In this document: piece after piece, positions 36,268 through 45,464 of the stretch
Numbering within the stretch: position 1 is the stretch's first letter
Layout of the letters: each line of letters starts with the position of its first letter
Made by a program: the position numbers and the translations under genes
The notes under the pieces: model-generated
Databases searched by the model: none
Seen by the model: only the letters and a program-made list of their open reading frames with translations
Told to the model about the DNA's origin: nothing
From: Bacteroidetes bacterium UBA5697
GTDB lineage: Bacteria; Bacteroidota; Bacteroidia; B-17B0; Aurantibacillaceae
DNA length: 64,000 nt
Direction: 5' to 3'
Assembly: GCA_002420145.1 (NCBI GenBank)
Contig: DIHL01000021.1
Span: 13,112 to 77,111 of the forward strand

Positions 36268-37014
36268 TTAATAAACATGCTGCCCTCCATTAATGCTATA
36301 ATTAGCGCCAGTAACAAAACTTGTTTCTTCGCTTGCTAAAAAAGACACTAAGTGCGCCACTTCATGTGTGCCTCCTAGTCTTCCCATTGGCACTTGAGCT
36401 ACAATTTGATTCAATACTTTTTCGGGAACCGCCATAACCATATCTGTACCAATATAACCTGGAGAAATTGTATTTACGGTTACTCCGTATTTTGCAACTT
36501 CCATCGCTAATGATTTAGTGAAACCATGCATGCCTGCTTTAGCAGCCGAATAATTAGTTTGTCCAAATTGTCCACGTTGACCATTTACAGAAGAAATATT
36601 AATGATACGTCCAAAATTACGATCAATCATTCCTTGAATCACTTGACGAGTACAATTAAATACAGAATTTAAATTAGTATTAATAACAGCATGCCAATCT
36701 TCTGGTTTCATATTAATTAAACGTCCATCGCGAGTAATACCTGCATTATTTACTAGAGTATCAATATGACCATATTTAGCCTCAATTTCAGCAATCATTT
36801 TACCAATGCTCTCATAATCACTCACATCACCATAAAATAGTTCAATAGTAAAGCCTTCAGCTTTCATTTGCTCCATCCATTTATCAGCTTTTTCTTTGGT
36901 GTGATAGTTTCCAACAACTGTATAACCATCTTTATATAATTCTTTACACATAGCGGTTCCTAAACCACCAGTAGCTCCTGTTATTAATACAGTACGTTTG
37001 TTCGATTTTTCCAT
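36268..37014 (-). CDS. phaB: Acetoacetyl-CoA reductase (SDR)
   Basis: 248 aa. TGATGGLG, NISSVNGQRGQFGQTNYSAAKAG.HGFTK and GVTVNTISPGYI closely resemble PhaB. Confidence 0.85.
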   Translation of the reverse strand: MEKSNKRTVLITGATGGLGTAMCKELYKDGYTVVGNYHTKEKADKWMEQMKAEGFTIELFYGDVSDYESIGKMIAEIEAKYGHIDTLVNNAGITRDGRLINMKPEDWHAVINTNLNSVFNCTRQVIQGMIDRNFGRIINISSVNGQRGQFGQTNYSAAKAGMHGFTKSLAMEVAKYGVTVNTISPGYIGTDMVMAVPEKVLNQIVAQVPMGRLGGTHEVAHLVSFLASEETSFVTGANYSINGGQHVY

Positions 37015-37124
37015 AATTGTATCTTTCTTTTAAATATAATAGTTACGAATCTGTTCGAATTTACGAATCTCATTATGAGTTAGTGTAAACTCATTCGTAT
37101 ATCCGTATTATTAATTCGTAAATA

Positions 37125-37529
37125 TTATATTTTATCCATATTCATTACTGTAGCTTCGCCACTAGTACATACGTTACCAGTTGTTTTATCTTTTATAAGA
37201 GTTTCAATCACTGCACGATGTTTGTCTTTTAAAACTTCTCTTACAGTAAAAATAGCCTCATATTCAACCTCCACATACATTGGTTTTAAAAAGCTTAACG
37301 ATTGTTTTAAATAAATAGTTCCTTCGCCTGGAAACAATACACCAAACACTTTACTAAACAAGGCTGCTCCTAGCATTCCGTGCATAATTGGTTTTTTAAA
37401 CATTGTTTTTGCTGCAAAATCTGCATCAATATGAACTGGGTTTTTATCTCCAGTTACTTCTGCAAAACGATTGACTTCATCTTGCGTAAATTTGAAATCA
37501 TGTGAATAAGTTTGTCCAGTTTCTATCAT
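37125..37529 (-). CDS. phaJ: MaoC-like (R)-specific enoyl-CoA hydratase
   Basis: 134-aa hot-dog fold. The motif is FAEVTGDKNPVHIDADFA...IMHGML. Confidence 0.7.
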   Translation of the reverse strand: MIETGQTYSHDFKFTQDEVNRFAEVTGDKNPVHIDADFAAKTMFKKPIMHGMLGAALFSKVFGVLFPGEGTIYLKQSLSFLKPMYVEVEYEAIFTVREVLKDKHRAVIETLIKDKTTGNVCTSGEATVMNMDKI

Positions 37530-37775
37530 AGGGCTTAGTTTTCAGTAATTTTCAAAAAAAAATATCACAATGTCAAGTTTTCTAAAACTTATTTCGATTT
37601 AGACCAATTAATCTATTTTTACGACAATTTAACACAAAATTAATACGAATTTACTTGACACGTATAGTAAAAAATGACGACATTTGCACCGGATTTGAAA
37701 ACAAGCCTTTAAACCGTTGATTTTCAAGTAATAAGCTGAATTTACTAAATTATATATATCAATAAGCTCAAAAAA

Positions 37776-39146
37776 ATGAAAACAAACAACCCAATTATCG
37801 ACAACATGATGGATGCTCAAGCTAACGCCATGAACACTTGGATGGATTCTGCAAAGAAATTCCAATCTGCATTTGCTAATGGTAACGCAATGGCTGACGG
37901 CCAATCTATCTATAAAGATATGATGGAAAAACAAGCTGCTATGTTTAGCGGTATGAATGCAAACCCTTTTGGTGCAAATCCTTTTATGAATAACAATTCT
38001 AAACCAGAAGAATTTTTAAAAAATTGGTATAACCAACAAATGGCTGGTTTAAAACAAATGACTGATTTTAACCAAAGTATTTACAATTCAATGGTTAATT
38101 ATGGTAAAAACGCTAATGATTATAACAATAGCTTTTCTACTATGAATAATGCATGGACAAACATCTACAATAGCTGGATGAATACCATGAATACTTCTTA
38201 CGATACATTTTCTCAAACTATCAAAAATCCATTTAATGCTGATATGTTTAAAAACATGTATGAAGGCGGTCAAATGTATATGAAAGTTCAAGAGATGTTT
38301 CAACCAATGATGACTGCTATTAAAAACTCTGATTTTAGCGTTGAAACTTGGAAAAACATTTACTCTCAAGAAAATTATAAAAAAATGACTGAACAAATTT
38401 TTGGTTCATTTTTCAATAATGCTAGCTTAAAAGAGGTTTATGATAATGCTACTAAGCAAATGCATAACTTTTTCGTAAATCAAAATGGTTTAGGAAAAGA
38501 ATACTATGAGCAAATGAAAAACATGTCTGCTCAATTCCCTGAAATGTTTTCGGGTGATGCTGAGCACATGAAAGATTTATATGCTAAAATGAATAATGTA
38601 TTTGGTAAAACATTTGAGCCATTATTAAAATTAGCTAACCCAGGAAAAGAAAAAGAAAATGTTGAAGCAACTATTGCTTTATTAGATAAAGTAACTGAAT
38701 ATAGCATTAAACAATCTGAGTTACAATCTCAATTGTATAAAACAATGCAAGCTTCAATGGAATCTTTAGCTAAAGAAACTCAAGAAAAATATAAAAACGT
38801 ACAAGCTGGCGATTTTAAAATGCCAACGGCTACTGAATTATATAATGAGTGGGTAAAAACTAACGAAAAAATGTTTTCTGAGTTATTTGCTACAGATGAA
38901 TTTAGCAAAGTAAAAGCAGAAGCCTTAAACTTAAGCATGGATGTGAAAAAACATTTTGAAAAACAATTTGAAAATGTGTTTGAACAATACCCAATTGCAT
39001 TTAAGAGCGAAATGGAAGAGATTTACAAAACCATGCACGATCTTAAAAAAACAGTAAAAGATTTACAAACTAAATTAGCGATGCAAAATGCTGCTTCTGT
39101 AGAATTATTTGAAGAAGGTACTGGCGCAAAAGCTAAAAAGAAATAA
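37776..39146 (+). CDS. phaE: Class III PHA synthase subunit PhaE (long, N/M/Q-rich form)
   Basis: It lies directly upstream of a class III phaC. The N-terminus (MDAQANAMNTWMDSAKKFQSAF) resembles PhaE. The protein is alpha-helical and low in complexity. Confidence 0.55.
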   Translation: MKTNNPIIDNMMDAQANAMNTWMDSAKKFQSAFANGNAMADGQSIYKDMMEKQAAMFSGMNANPFGANPFMNNNSKPEEFLKNWYNQQMAGLKQMTDFNQSIYNSMVNYGKNANDYNNSFSTMNNAWTNIYNSWMNTMNTSYDTFSQTIKNPFNADMFKNMYEGGQMYMKVQEMFQPMMTAIKNSDFSVETWKNIYSQENYKKMTEQIFGSFFNNASLKEVYDNATKQMHNFFVNQNGLGKEYYEQMKNMSAQFPEMFSGDAEHMKDLYAKMNNVFGKTFEPLLKLANPGKEKENVEATIALLDKVTEYSIKQSELQSQLYKTMQASMESLAKETQEKYKNVQAGDFKMPTATELYNEWVKTNEKMFSELFATDEFSKVKAEALNLSMDVKKHFEKQFENVFEQYPIAFKSEMEEIYKTMHDLKKTVKDLQTKLAMQNAASVELFEEGTGAKAKKK

Positions 39147-39179
39147 AATCGCCTTTGTGTTCATAGCACAATAATAAGA

Positions 39180-39214
39180 GGGCTGCCAATGTGTTTGTGG
39201 GCAGCCTTTTTTTT
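39180..39214 (+). terminator. Rho-independent terminator after phaE
   Basis: GGCTGCC-(12 nt)-GGCAGCC followed by T8. Confidence 0.75.
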
Positions 39215-39273
39215 AATTTCATTTTTTATAAATACGAAAACATTGTAACTTAACGGCATATAAAACAAGTCCT

Positions 39274-40320
39274 ATGGAAAAAAAGTTAGTAGAAGAAATG
39301 CAAAACATGAGCTCTAAATTAATGAAGAGCTATGAAACATTTAGTGCAATTAATGAAGTAGATATTGCTACATCTCCAAAAACCGCTGTATACAACGAAG
39401 ATAAATTAACGCTTTATAAATACGACAGAACTTCTGAACCGACTTATAAAACACCCGTTTTAATTGTTTACGCCTTAGTAAACACCTATAAAATGTTGGA
39501 CATTCAACCAGACAGAAGTTATATCAGAAACTTATTAGAAGCTGGATTAGATGTGTATTTAATTGATTGGGGTAATCCAACTAAAATAGATAAATACTTA
39601 AGCATTGATGATTATGTAAACGGATACATCAACAATTGTGTTGATTTTATTAGAAAGAAAAACAGAGTAGAAAAAATAAACATTTTAAGTATTTGCCAAG
39701 GCGGTACTTTAAGCGTTATTTATAGCTCTTTATATCCTAACAAGGTGAAAAATTTAGTAACACATGTTACTCCTATTGATTTTAGTACAAATGATGGTTT
39801 ATTATTCCGTTGGAGTAAAGACATGGATTTTGACAAAATTGTAGAAGGCTTTGGTGGTTTAATACCAGGTGATTTCTTAAATCAAGGCTTTGATATGTTG
39901 AAACCAATGATGAAATTACAAAAGCAACAAACATTAACAAATTCATTAGACGATAAAGATAAGTTGATGAACTTTTTACGCATGGAAAAATGGATTAGCG
40001 AAAGTCCTGACCAGGCTGGTGAATGCTTTAAAGAATTTATGAAAGGTTTTTATCAAGAAAATAAATTAGTAAAAGGAGAATTAGAAATAGGTGGTAAAAA
40101 AGTAAATTTAAAAAACTTAACCTCCAACTTATTAAACATTTATGCAACTGAAGATCATTTAGTGCCTCCTGCAGCTACAATCCCATTAAATGACTTAGTT
40201 GGCAGTAAGGATAAAGAATTATATAGTTTTAAAGGCGGGCACATTGGAGTGTTTGTAGGAAGTAAATCTCAAAAAGAATTAGCTCCAGCAGTAACTAGTT
40301 GGTTAAAGAAAAGAGATTAA
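39274..40320 (+). CDS. phaC: Class III poly(R)-hydroxyalkanoate synthase catalytic subunit
   Basis: 348 aa alpha/beta hydrolase with the lipase-box variant ILSICQGGT (G-x-C-x-G). The size is typical of class III/IV PhaC. Confidence 0.8.
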   Translation: MEKKLVEEMQNMSSKLMKSYETFSAINEVDIATSPKTAVYNEDKLTLYKYDRTSEPTYKTPVLIVYALVNTYKMLDIQPDRSYIRNLLEAGLDVYLIDWGNPTKIDKYLSIDDYVNGYINNCVDFIRKKNRVEKINILSICQGGTLSVIYSSLYPNKVKNLVTHVTPIDFSTNDGLLFRWSKDMDFDKIVEGFGGLIPGDFLNQGFDMLKPMMKLQKQQTLTNSLDDKDKLMNFLRMEKWISESPDQAGECFKEFMKGFYQENKLVKGELEIGGKKVNLKNLTSNLLNIYATEDHLVPPAATIPLNDLVGSKDKELYSFKGGHIGVFVGSKSQKELAPAVTSWLKKRD

Positions 40321-40336
40321 TAATTTATCTCATTTA

Positions 40337-40375
40337 AAATCCCTTTAAGTTTTGCTTAAAGGGATTTTTATTTTA
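40337..40375 (+). terminator. Rho-independent terminator after phaC
   Basis: AAATCCCTTTAAG-(5 nt)-CTTAAAGGGATTT followed by a T-rich run. Confidence 0.8.
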
Positions 40376-40425
40376 CTTCAAAAAACATTTTACTATATTA
40401 TCTGTTAAACTATTAAACATTATTT

Positions 40426-41028
40426 ATGAAATATTTCATTGCAAGCATTTTTATTTTAGTTAGCATCCTATCAAATGCTCAAACAGATTCAATTATCAAA
40501 CAATTCGATAGCAGAAAAAATAAGCTAAACCATAATGGAATGATTGTTTTAACTTCGTGGGCAAGTGCCAATATTGTAGGAAGTGGAATTGGTTATGCTT
40601 TAACAAAAAGCGAAGAGGAAAAGAATTTTCATTTAATGAACGCTTCCTGGGGAATTGTGAATTTAGGAATTGCATTGCCAGGTTTATTAGCAAAAGAAAA
40701 AACATCCGCTACAATGTATGATTTACAAAAAAGTCAAACCCAAGCCGAAAAACTATTTTTAGCAAATGCTATTTTAGATGTCGTTTATATCTCGGGAGGA
40801 TTTTACATGAAAGAATATGCCAATAATCAAACAGATTTAAAAAAGCAAGAACGTTTTAATGGCTTTGGAAATTCAGTAATCATGCAAGGTGCCGGATTAA
40901 TGGTATTTGATTTAGCGATGACTATTTTAAACAATAGAAATAGAAAAAAGCACTTAGATCCTTTCTTAAAAAAAGCTAGTATTTCATTTACAGGAAACTA
41001 CATTAAACTAGGCTATAGATTTAATTAA
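40426..41028 (+). CDS. Hypothetical membrane protein
   Basis: 200 aa with a signal peptide and several hydrophobic segments. No recognisable family. Confidence 0.5.
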   Translation: MKYFIASIFILVSILSNAQTDSIIKQFDSRKNKLNHNGMIVLTSWASANIVGSGIGYALTKSEEEKNFHLMNASWGIVNLGIALPGLLAKEKTSATMYDLQKSQTQAEKLFLANAILDVVYISGGFYMKEYANNQTDLKKQERFNGFGNSVIMQGAGLMVFDLAMTILNNRNRKKHLDPFLKKASISFTGNYIKLGYRFN

Positions 41029-41101
41029 TTCCGTTAATCTAAGATTACGACCAATAAAATAAATCACGTTAAATACGTGTAATTTTATTTACCTTTACTT
41101 T

Positions 41102-41827
41102 ATGGAGCCCATTATTGAGTTAAAAGACATCAAAAAAGAATACAAAATTGGTACTGAAGAAATTCATGCCTTAAGTGGTGTTACTCTTAATATTTACAAA
41201 AACGAATATGTTGCCTTAATGGGACCAAGCGGAAGCGGAAAATCTACCCTCATGAATATGTTAGGCTGTTTAGATTCTCCCACTTCTGGCGAATACATCC
41301 TCAATAAATTAGCCGTTGCTCAAATGAGTGATAATGAATTGGCAGAAGTTAGAAACAAACAAATTGGCTTCGTCTTTCAAACCTTTAATTTATTACCACG
41401 CTCTACAACATTAGAAAATGTTATGTTGCCATTAGTTTACGCAGGCATTGAAAAAAGCAAACGAGAAGAAATGGCGACAAAAGTATTAGAACAAGTTGGA
41501 TTAGGAAACCGTATGACTCACAAACCAAATGAATTATCGGGTGGTCAGCGACAACGTGTGGCTATTGCTAGAGCTTTAGTAAATAATCCTGCTATTATAT
41601 TAGCAGATGAACCTACAGGAAACTTAGATAGTAAAACATCCATTGAGATTATGGGTTTACTAGAAGATATTCATAAAAATGGCAATACGATTATTTTAGT
41701 TACCCATGAAGAAGATATTGCAGCCCATGCTCACCGTATTGTTCGTTTAAAAGATGGAAAGGTTGAATCTGATAATGAGAATAAAAATATCACTACCTAC
41801 AAATCAAGAATGGAAAGTTATAGTTAA
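41102..41827 (+). CDS. ABC transporter ATP-binding protein (MacB/LolD-type)
   Basis: Walker A is GPSGSGKST, the signature is [15 protein letters not shown] and Walker B is [11 protein letters not shown]. Confidence 0.88.
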   Translation: MEPIIELKDIKKEYKIGTEEIHALSGVTLNIYKNEYVALMGPSGSGKSTLMNMLGCLDSPTSGEYILNKLAVAQMSDNELAEVRNKQIGFVFQTFNLLPRSTTLENVMLPLVYAGIEKSKREEMATKVLEQVGLGNRMTHKPNELSGGQRQRVAIARALVNNPAIILADEPTGNLDSKTSIEIMGLLEDIHKNGNTIILVTHEEDIAAHAHRIVRLKDGKVESDNENKNITTYKSRMESYS

Positions 41828-41921
41828 ATAGCTTTAGAAAAGACAGTCTTTATAATTTCTCATTCAAAACAACAAGTTAAATAATTTACTACTTTTACAG
41901 GGTAAATTTCTTTAATCTATT

Positions 41922-42566
41922 ATGTTAATTATTGGTATATGCGGCGGCACAGGTTCAGGTAAAACGACTGTAGTCAATAAAATACTAGATATACTGCCTG
42001 TTGATCATGTTGCTATTCTTTCTCAAGATTCGTATTACAAAGACAATTCAGATATCTCGATTGAAGAACGAAAACATATCAATTTCGACCATCCTGATTC
42101 TATTGAGTTTGACTTATTGTACAATCATATCAATGAATTAAAAAAAGGTCATAGCATCGAAAAACCAATCTATTCATACATAACTTGTACGCGCTCTTCA
42201 GAAACGATTCATATCGATAGTAAAGATGTGATTTTAGTAGAAGGGATATTATTGTTTACAGATAAACGTATACGAGATATTTGTAACGTAAAAGTTTTTG
42301 TGGATGCTCCTGCCGACGAACGTTTGTTAAGAGTAATTAAACGCGACATTATAGAGCGAGGAAGAAATGTAGAGCAAACTTTGGACAGATACATAAATAC
42401 TGTAAAACCAATGCACGAACAATTTATTGAACCAACTAAACGCTTTGCGGACATCATTGTTCCATTAGGTGGAGAAAACATGGTAGCTATTAATATTTTA
42501 GCTTCAACTATTCGTCAAAAATTAGGCTTAAACAAAGACCAAGATATTAATTCTGTTTTTCATTAA
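41922..42566 (+). CDS. udk: Uridine kinase
   Basis: IGICGGTGSGKTT...QDSYY...NFDHPDS.. is typical of Udk. Confidence 0.88.
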   Translation: MLIIGICGGTGSGKTTVVNKILDILPVDHVAILSQDSYYKDNSDISIEERKHINFDHPDSIEFDLLYNHINELKKGHSIEKPIYSYITCTRSSETIHIDSKDVILVEGILLFTDKRIRDICNVKVFVDAPADERLLRVIKRDIIERGRNVEQTLDRYINTVKPMHEQFIEPTKRFADIIVPLGGENMVAINILASTIRQKLGLNKDQDINSVFH

Positions 42567-42569
42567 AAC

Positions 42570-42607
42570 AAAAAAACTCCTACTAAAAGCAGGAGTTTTT
42601 TGTTTTT
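42570..42607 (+). terminator. Rho-independent terminator after udk
   Basis: AACTCCT-(9 nt)-AGGAGTT followed by a T-run. Confidence 0.7.
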
Positions 42608-42608
42608 T

Positions 42609-42675
42609 GTCACTTCGAGCGAAGTCGAGAAGCGTTCTATAAATCTTTGTGTTCTCGACTACGCTCGAACTGACA
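42609..42675 (+). repeat. Complete family A element (two ~23-nt inverted arms around a ~20-nt spacer)
   Basis: GTCACTTCGAGCGAAGTCGAGAA ... TTCTCGACTACGCTCGAACTGAC. The arms are complementary except at 2 positions. The structure matches 59680-59748. Confidence 0.88.
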
Positions 42676-42684
42676 AGATTAATA

Positions 42685-44613
42685 TTAAGCTAACTTTGAA
42701 CTCAAATCTTCCCACTTAGCCATTTCATTTTCTAATTCTTTCTTCAAGGTATTATATGAAGTAAAAAAATGAGGATCTTTAGTTAAAGCTTCGTAAGCTT
42801 CTGGAATCGCTAATTTGTCGTCCAATAGTTTTATTTCTGCTTCTAAACGAGTGATATTTTCTTCGACTTTTTTTATTTGAGAAGCAATTTGCGTTTGTTG
42901 TTTTTTCTTTTCGGCAGCTTCAAAATCAGAAGGGGCAGCCACTTTTTTCTCAGCAACCTGAACAGCTTTCACACCTGACTTATCCAAATCTAATTGATTT
43001 AAACGCTCCACTTTACGAATTTCCATGAACTCTTTAATATCACATAAATATTCTTTGACGTGTCCATCTCTAAATTCAAATAAACGATCACACATCCCTG
43101 TCATAAAATCTCTATCATGACTTACCATCACAATGGTTCCTTCATAATCAATCAATGCTTGCTTTAATACTTCTTTTGATTTAATATCTAAGTGATTGGT
43201 TGGCTCATCTAATAATAATAAGTTATATGGCTCTAATAACAATTTACATAATGCTAAACGTCCACGCTCACCTCCACTCAATACCTTCACCTTCTTATCA
43301 ATATCTTCTCCTCCAAACAAAAACGAACCCAATAAACTACGCACCTGACGTCGAACATCACCAACCGCTAATTCATCAATGGTTTCAAAAACCGTTTTAT
43401 CTAAATTTAATTTTTCTTCTTGATCTTGCTCAAAATAACCCATCAACACACTATGACCTAATTGCACAGTTCCATCAAACTGGATTTTCTTCGCAATCAT
43501 TTTCATCATGGTTGATTTTCCTTCTCCGTTACGTCCAACTAAACCAATTTTTTCTCCTTTAGTAATAATGAAATTAGCATCAGAAAAAATTTGTTTCTCT
43601 CCATATTTTTTTCCTGCGTGTTCTGCTGTAATCACAATTTTTCCGCTATGCGCTGGTGCAGGAAAACGAAAGCGAACAGACGCTGTATCTACATCGTCTA
43701 CTTCTACTCTATCCATTTTATCCAACTTCTTAATTAACGATTGGGCAAAGGCTGCTTTACTAGCTTTCGCTCTATTCTTATCAATTAATGTTTCGTATTG
43801 GTTAATGATGCGTTGTTGGTTTTTAGCGGCGTTTTCTTGTTGTTCTTTACGCTCTGCTCTTAATTCTAAGTAGTGCGAATAATTGGTGCGGTAATCGTAA
43901 ATTTTTTGATTCACAATTTCAATGGTACGTTTTGTAACCGTATCTAAAAATGTTTTATCGTGACTGATTAAAACAACAGCGCCGCTAAAGGTTTCCATAA
44001 ATTCTTCTAACCATTGTATCGCTTCAATATCTAAATGGTTAGTAGGCTCATCAAGCATTAATACATCTGGTTTTTGTAATAATAATTTAGCTAACTCAAT
44101 TCGCATTCTCCAACCACCACTAAATTCTGATGTTTGACGAGTAAATTCTCTTCTCTCAAAACCTAAACCGCCTAATATCTTCTCAATTTCTTCTGTTGTG
44201 TTACTAGCACCAACAATATCTAAACGTGTATTAATTTCCGTTAAATCTTCGATCAATTTCATGTAAGCATCACTTTCGTAATCTGTACGTGTTTCTAATT
44301 GATGATTGATATCATCTAGGCGAGCTTGCATGGCTTTAATTTCTGCAAAAGCAGATTCTGTTTCCTCAAAAACAGTTCTCCCATGTTGATGCGTCATATC
44401 TTGAGGTAGATACCCAATTTTACAATCTTTAGGAATGGTAACTTCTCCTTTGGTTGGAGACTGATGACCTGCTAATAGTTTAAGCATGGTACTTTTACCA
44501 GCACCATTTTTACCAGCTAAACCAATTCTATCCTTCGGATTGATTAAAAAAGATACGTTGTCAAATAAATTGTATCCTCCAAACGAAACCGTAACACTAT
44601 TAACAGAAACCAT
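42685..44613 (-). CDS. ABC-F family ATPase (two ABC domains, no membrane domain)
   Basis: 642 aa. It has two Walker A/signature/Walker B sets (GKNGAGKST, GRNGEGKST) and a C-terminal coiled coil. Confidence 0.88.
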   Translation of the reverse strand: MVSVNSVTVSFGGYNLFDNVSFLINPKDRIGLAGKNGAGKSTMLKLLAGHQSPTKGEVTIPKDCKIGYLPQDMTHQHGRTVFEETESAFAEIKAMQARLDDINHQLETRTDYESDAYMKLIEDLTEINTRLDIVGASNTTEEIEKILGGLGFERREFTRQTSEFSGGWRMRIELAKLLLQKPDVLMLDEPTNHLDIEAIQWLEEFMETFSGAVVLISHDKTFLDTVTKRTIEIVNQKIYDYRTNYSHYLELRAERKEQQENAAKNQQRIINQYETLIDKNRAKASKAAFAQSLIKKLDKMDRVEVDDVDTASVRFRFPAPAHSGKIVITAEHAGKKYGEKQIFSDANFIITKGEKIGLVGRNGEGKSTMMKMIAKKIQFDGTVQLGHSVLMGYFEQDQEEKLNLDKTVFETIDELAVGDVRRQVRSLLGSFLFGGEDIDKKVKVLSGGERGRLALCKLLLEPYNLLLLDEPTNHLDIKSKEVLKQALIDYEGTIVMVSHDRDFMTGMCDRLFEFRDGHVKEYLCDIKEFMEIRKVERLNQLDLDKSGVKAVQVAEKKVAAPSDFEAAEKKKQQTQIASQIKKVEENITRLEAEIKLLDDKLAIPEAYEALTKDPHFFTSYNTLKKELENEMAKWEDLSSKLA

Positions 44614-44700
44614 TGCAATTAATTATAAATTTTTAAGGGCGCAAAGATAGTGAAAAAATAGGTGGATTTGGAGAAAATATTAGCATAAACTAAATGCCAT

Positions 44701-44734
44701 AAAAAAAGCCCCCGCCAGCTGGCGGGGGCTTTTA
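44701..44734 (-). terminator. Rho-independent terminator after the 102-aa gene
   Basis: AGCCCCCGCC-agct-GGCGGGGGCT with flanking A and T runs. Confidence 0.8.
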
Positions 44735-44737
44735 AAA

Positions 44738-45046
44738 TTATCTAGGTTTTTTAACATCTGCCACTATCGGAGGGTTTCCTTTAGGTCTGTCAATTAAAAT
44801 ATAGGTTACACTATCTCCTACTACAAAAGTAACTTGTGCTCCTGGGTGAATAAATTCGACAATCTCTCCAGTTGTGTTATCAACTGCTTTAACGTTATTT
44901 CCTGTAATTTCTGTAACTGTACCACTACTAATACGGTCATTTGAATTCCCAACTTGTTGTGTACTAGCAGAATTTTGTGCGAATACTGATGTACTTAGCA
45001 TAAAACAGCTAAATACAGTCAATGCTAAAATTAATGTCTTTTTCAT
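44738..45046 (-). CDS. Small secreted protein, unknown function (paralogue A)
   Basis: 102 aa with a signal peptide (SVFAQ). The C-terminal 45 aa are similar to 45202-45411 (GAQVTFVVGDSVTYILIDRPKGNPPIVADVKKP versus GAQVSFQPGDSVNYMLITFPNGKPPVVIEVKRP). Confidence 0.65.
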   Translation of the reverse strand: MKKTLILALTVFSCFMLSTSVFAQNSASTQQVGNSNDRISSGTVTEITGNNVKAVDNTTGEIVEFIHPGAQVTFVVGDSVTYILIDRPKGNPPIVADVKKPR

Positions 45047-45072
45047 ATTTATTATTTTTTTATTTTATTCAG

Positions 45073-45123
<51 letters not shown>

Positions 45124-45141
45124 CAAAGCAATAATTCCTGT

Positions 45142-45182
45142 AAAATAAAATGCCCCCATTTAGTGTAAACTTTATGGGGGCA
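45142..45182 (-). terminator. Rho-independent terminator after the 69-aa gene
   Basis: On the minus strand, TGCCCCCAT-(14 nt)-ATGGGGGCA is followed by TTTTATTTT. Confidence 0.7.
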
Positions 45183-45201
45183 GTCAATTTTGGATCTTTT
45201 A

Positions 45202-45411
45202 TTAAGTTGGCCTTTTAACCTCAATTACTACTGGCGGCTTTCCATTAGGAAATGTAATTAACATATAATTTACACTATCACCAGGTTGAAAAGAAACTTG
45301 CGCTCCCTTTTGATAAAAGTCTCTTGTTGCACCTGTTCCATCTTCGATAAGATCCGCTGTATCAGCATCGAAAATCGTATTAATTTTACCTGTTTTTGGT
45401 TCTGCTGCCAT
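45202..45411 (-). CDS. Small protein, unknown function (paralogue B, no signal peptide)
   Basis: 69 aa. It corresponds to the mature part of 44738-45046. Confidence 0.55.
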   Translation of the reverse strand: MAAEPKTGKINTIFDADTADLIEDGTGATRDFYQKGAQVSFQPGDSVNYMLITFPNGKPPVVIEVKRPT

Positions 45412-45464
45412 AATTTTGTATTTTTAAGATTTATATTAGGATAAATATATATTAATATTCCTTT

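Noticed and set aside
37629-38396. Minus-strand ORFs 37629-37934 and 38088-38396
   Set aside because: They are antisense to phaE and its promoter region. They are rich in His, Phe and Ile, as expected from the complement of an N/M/K-rich gene, and have no independent support.
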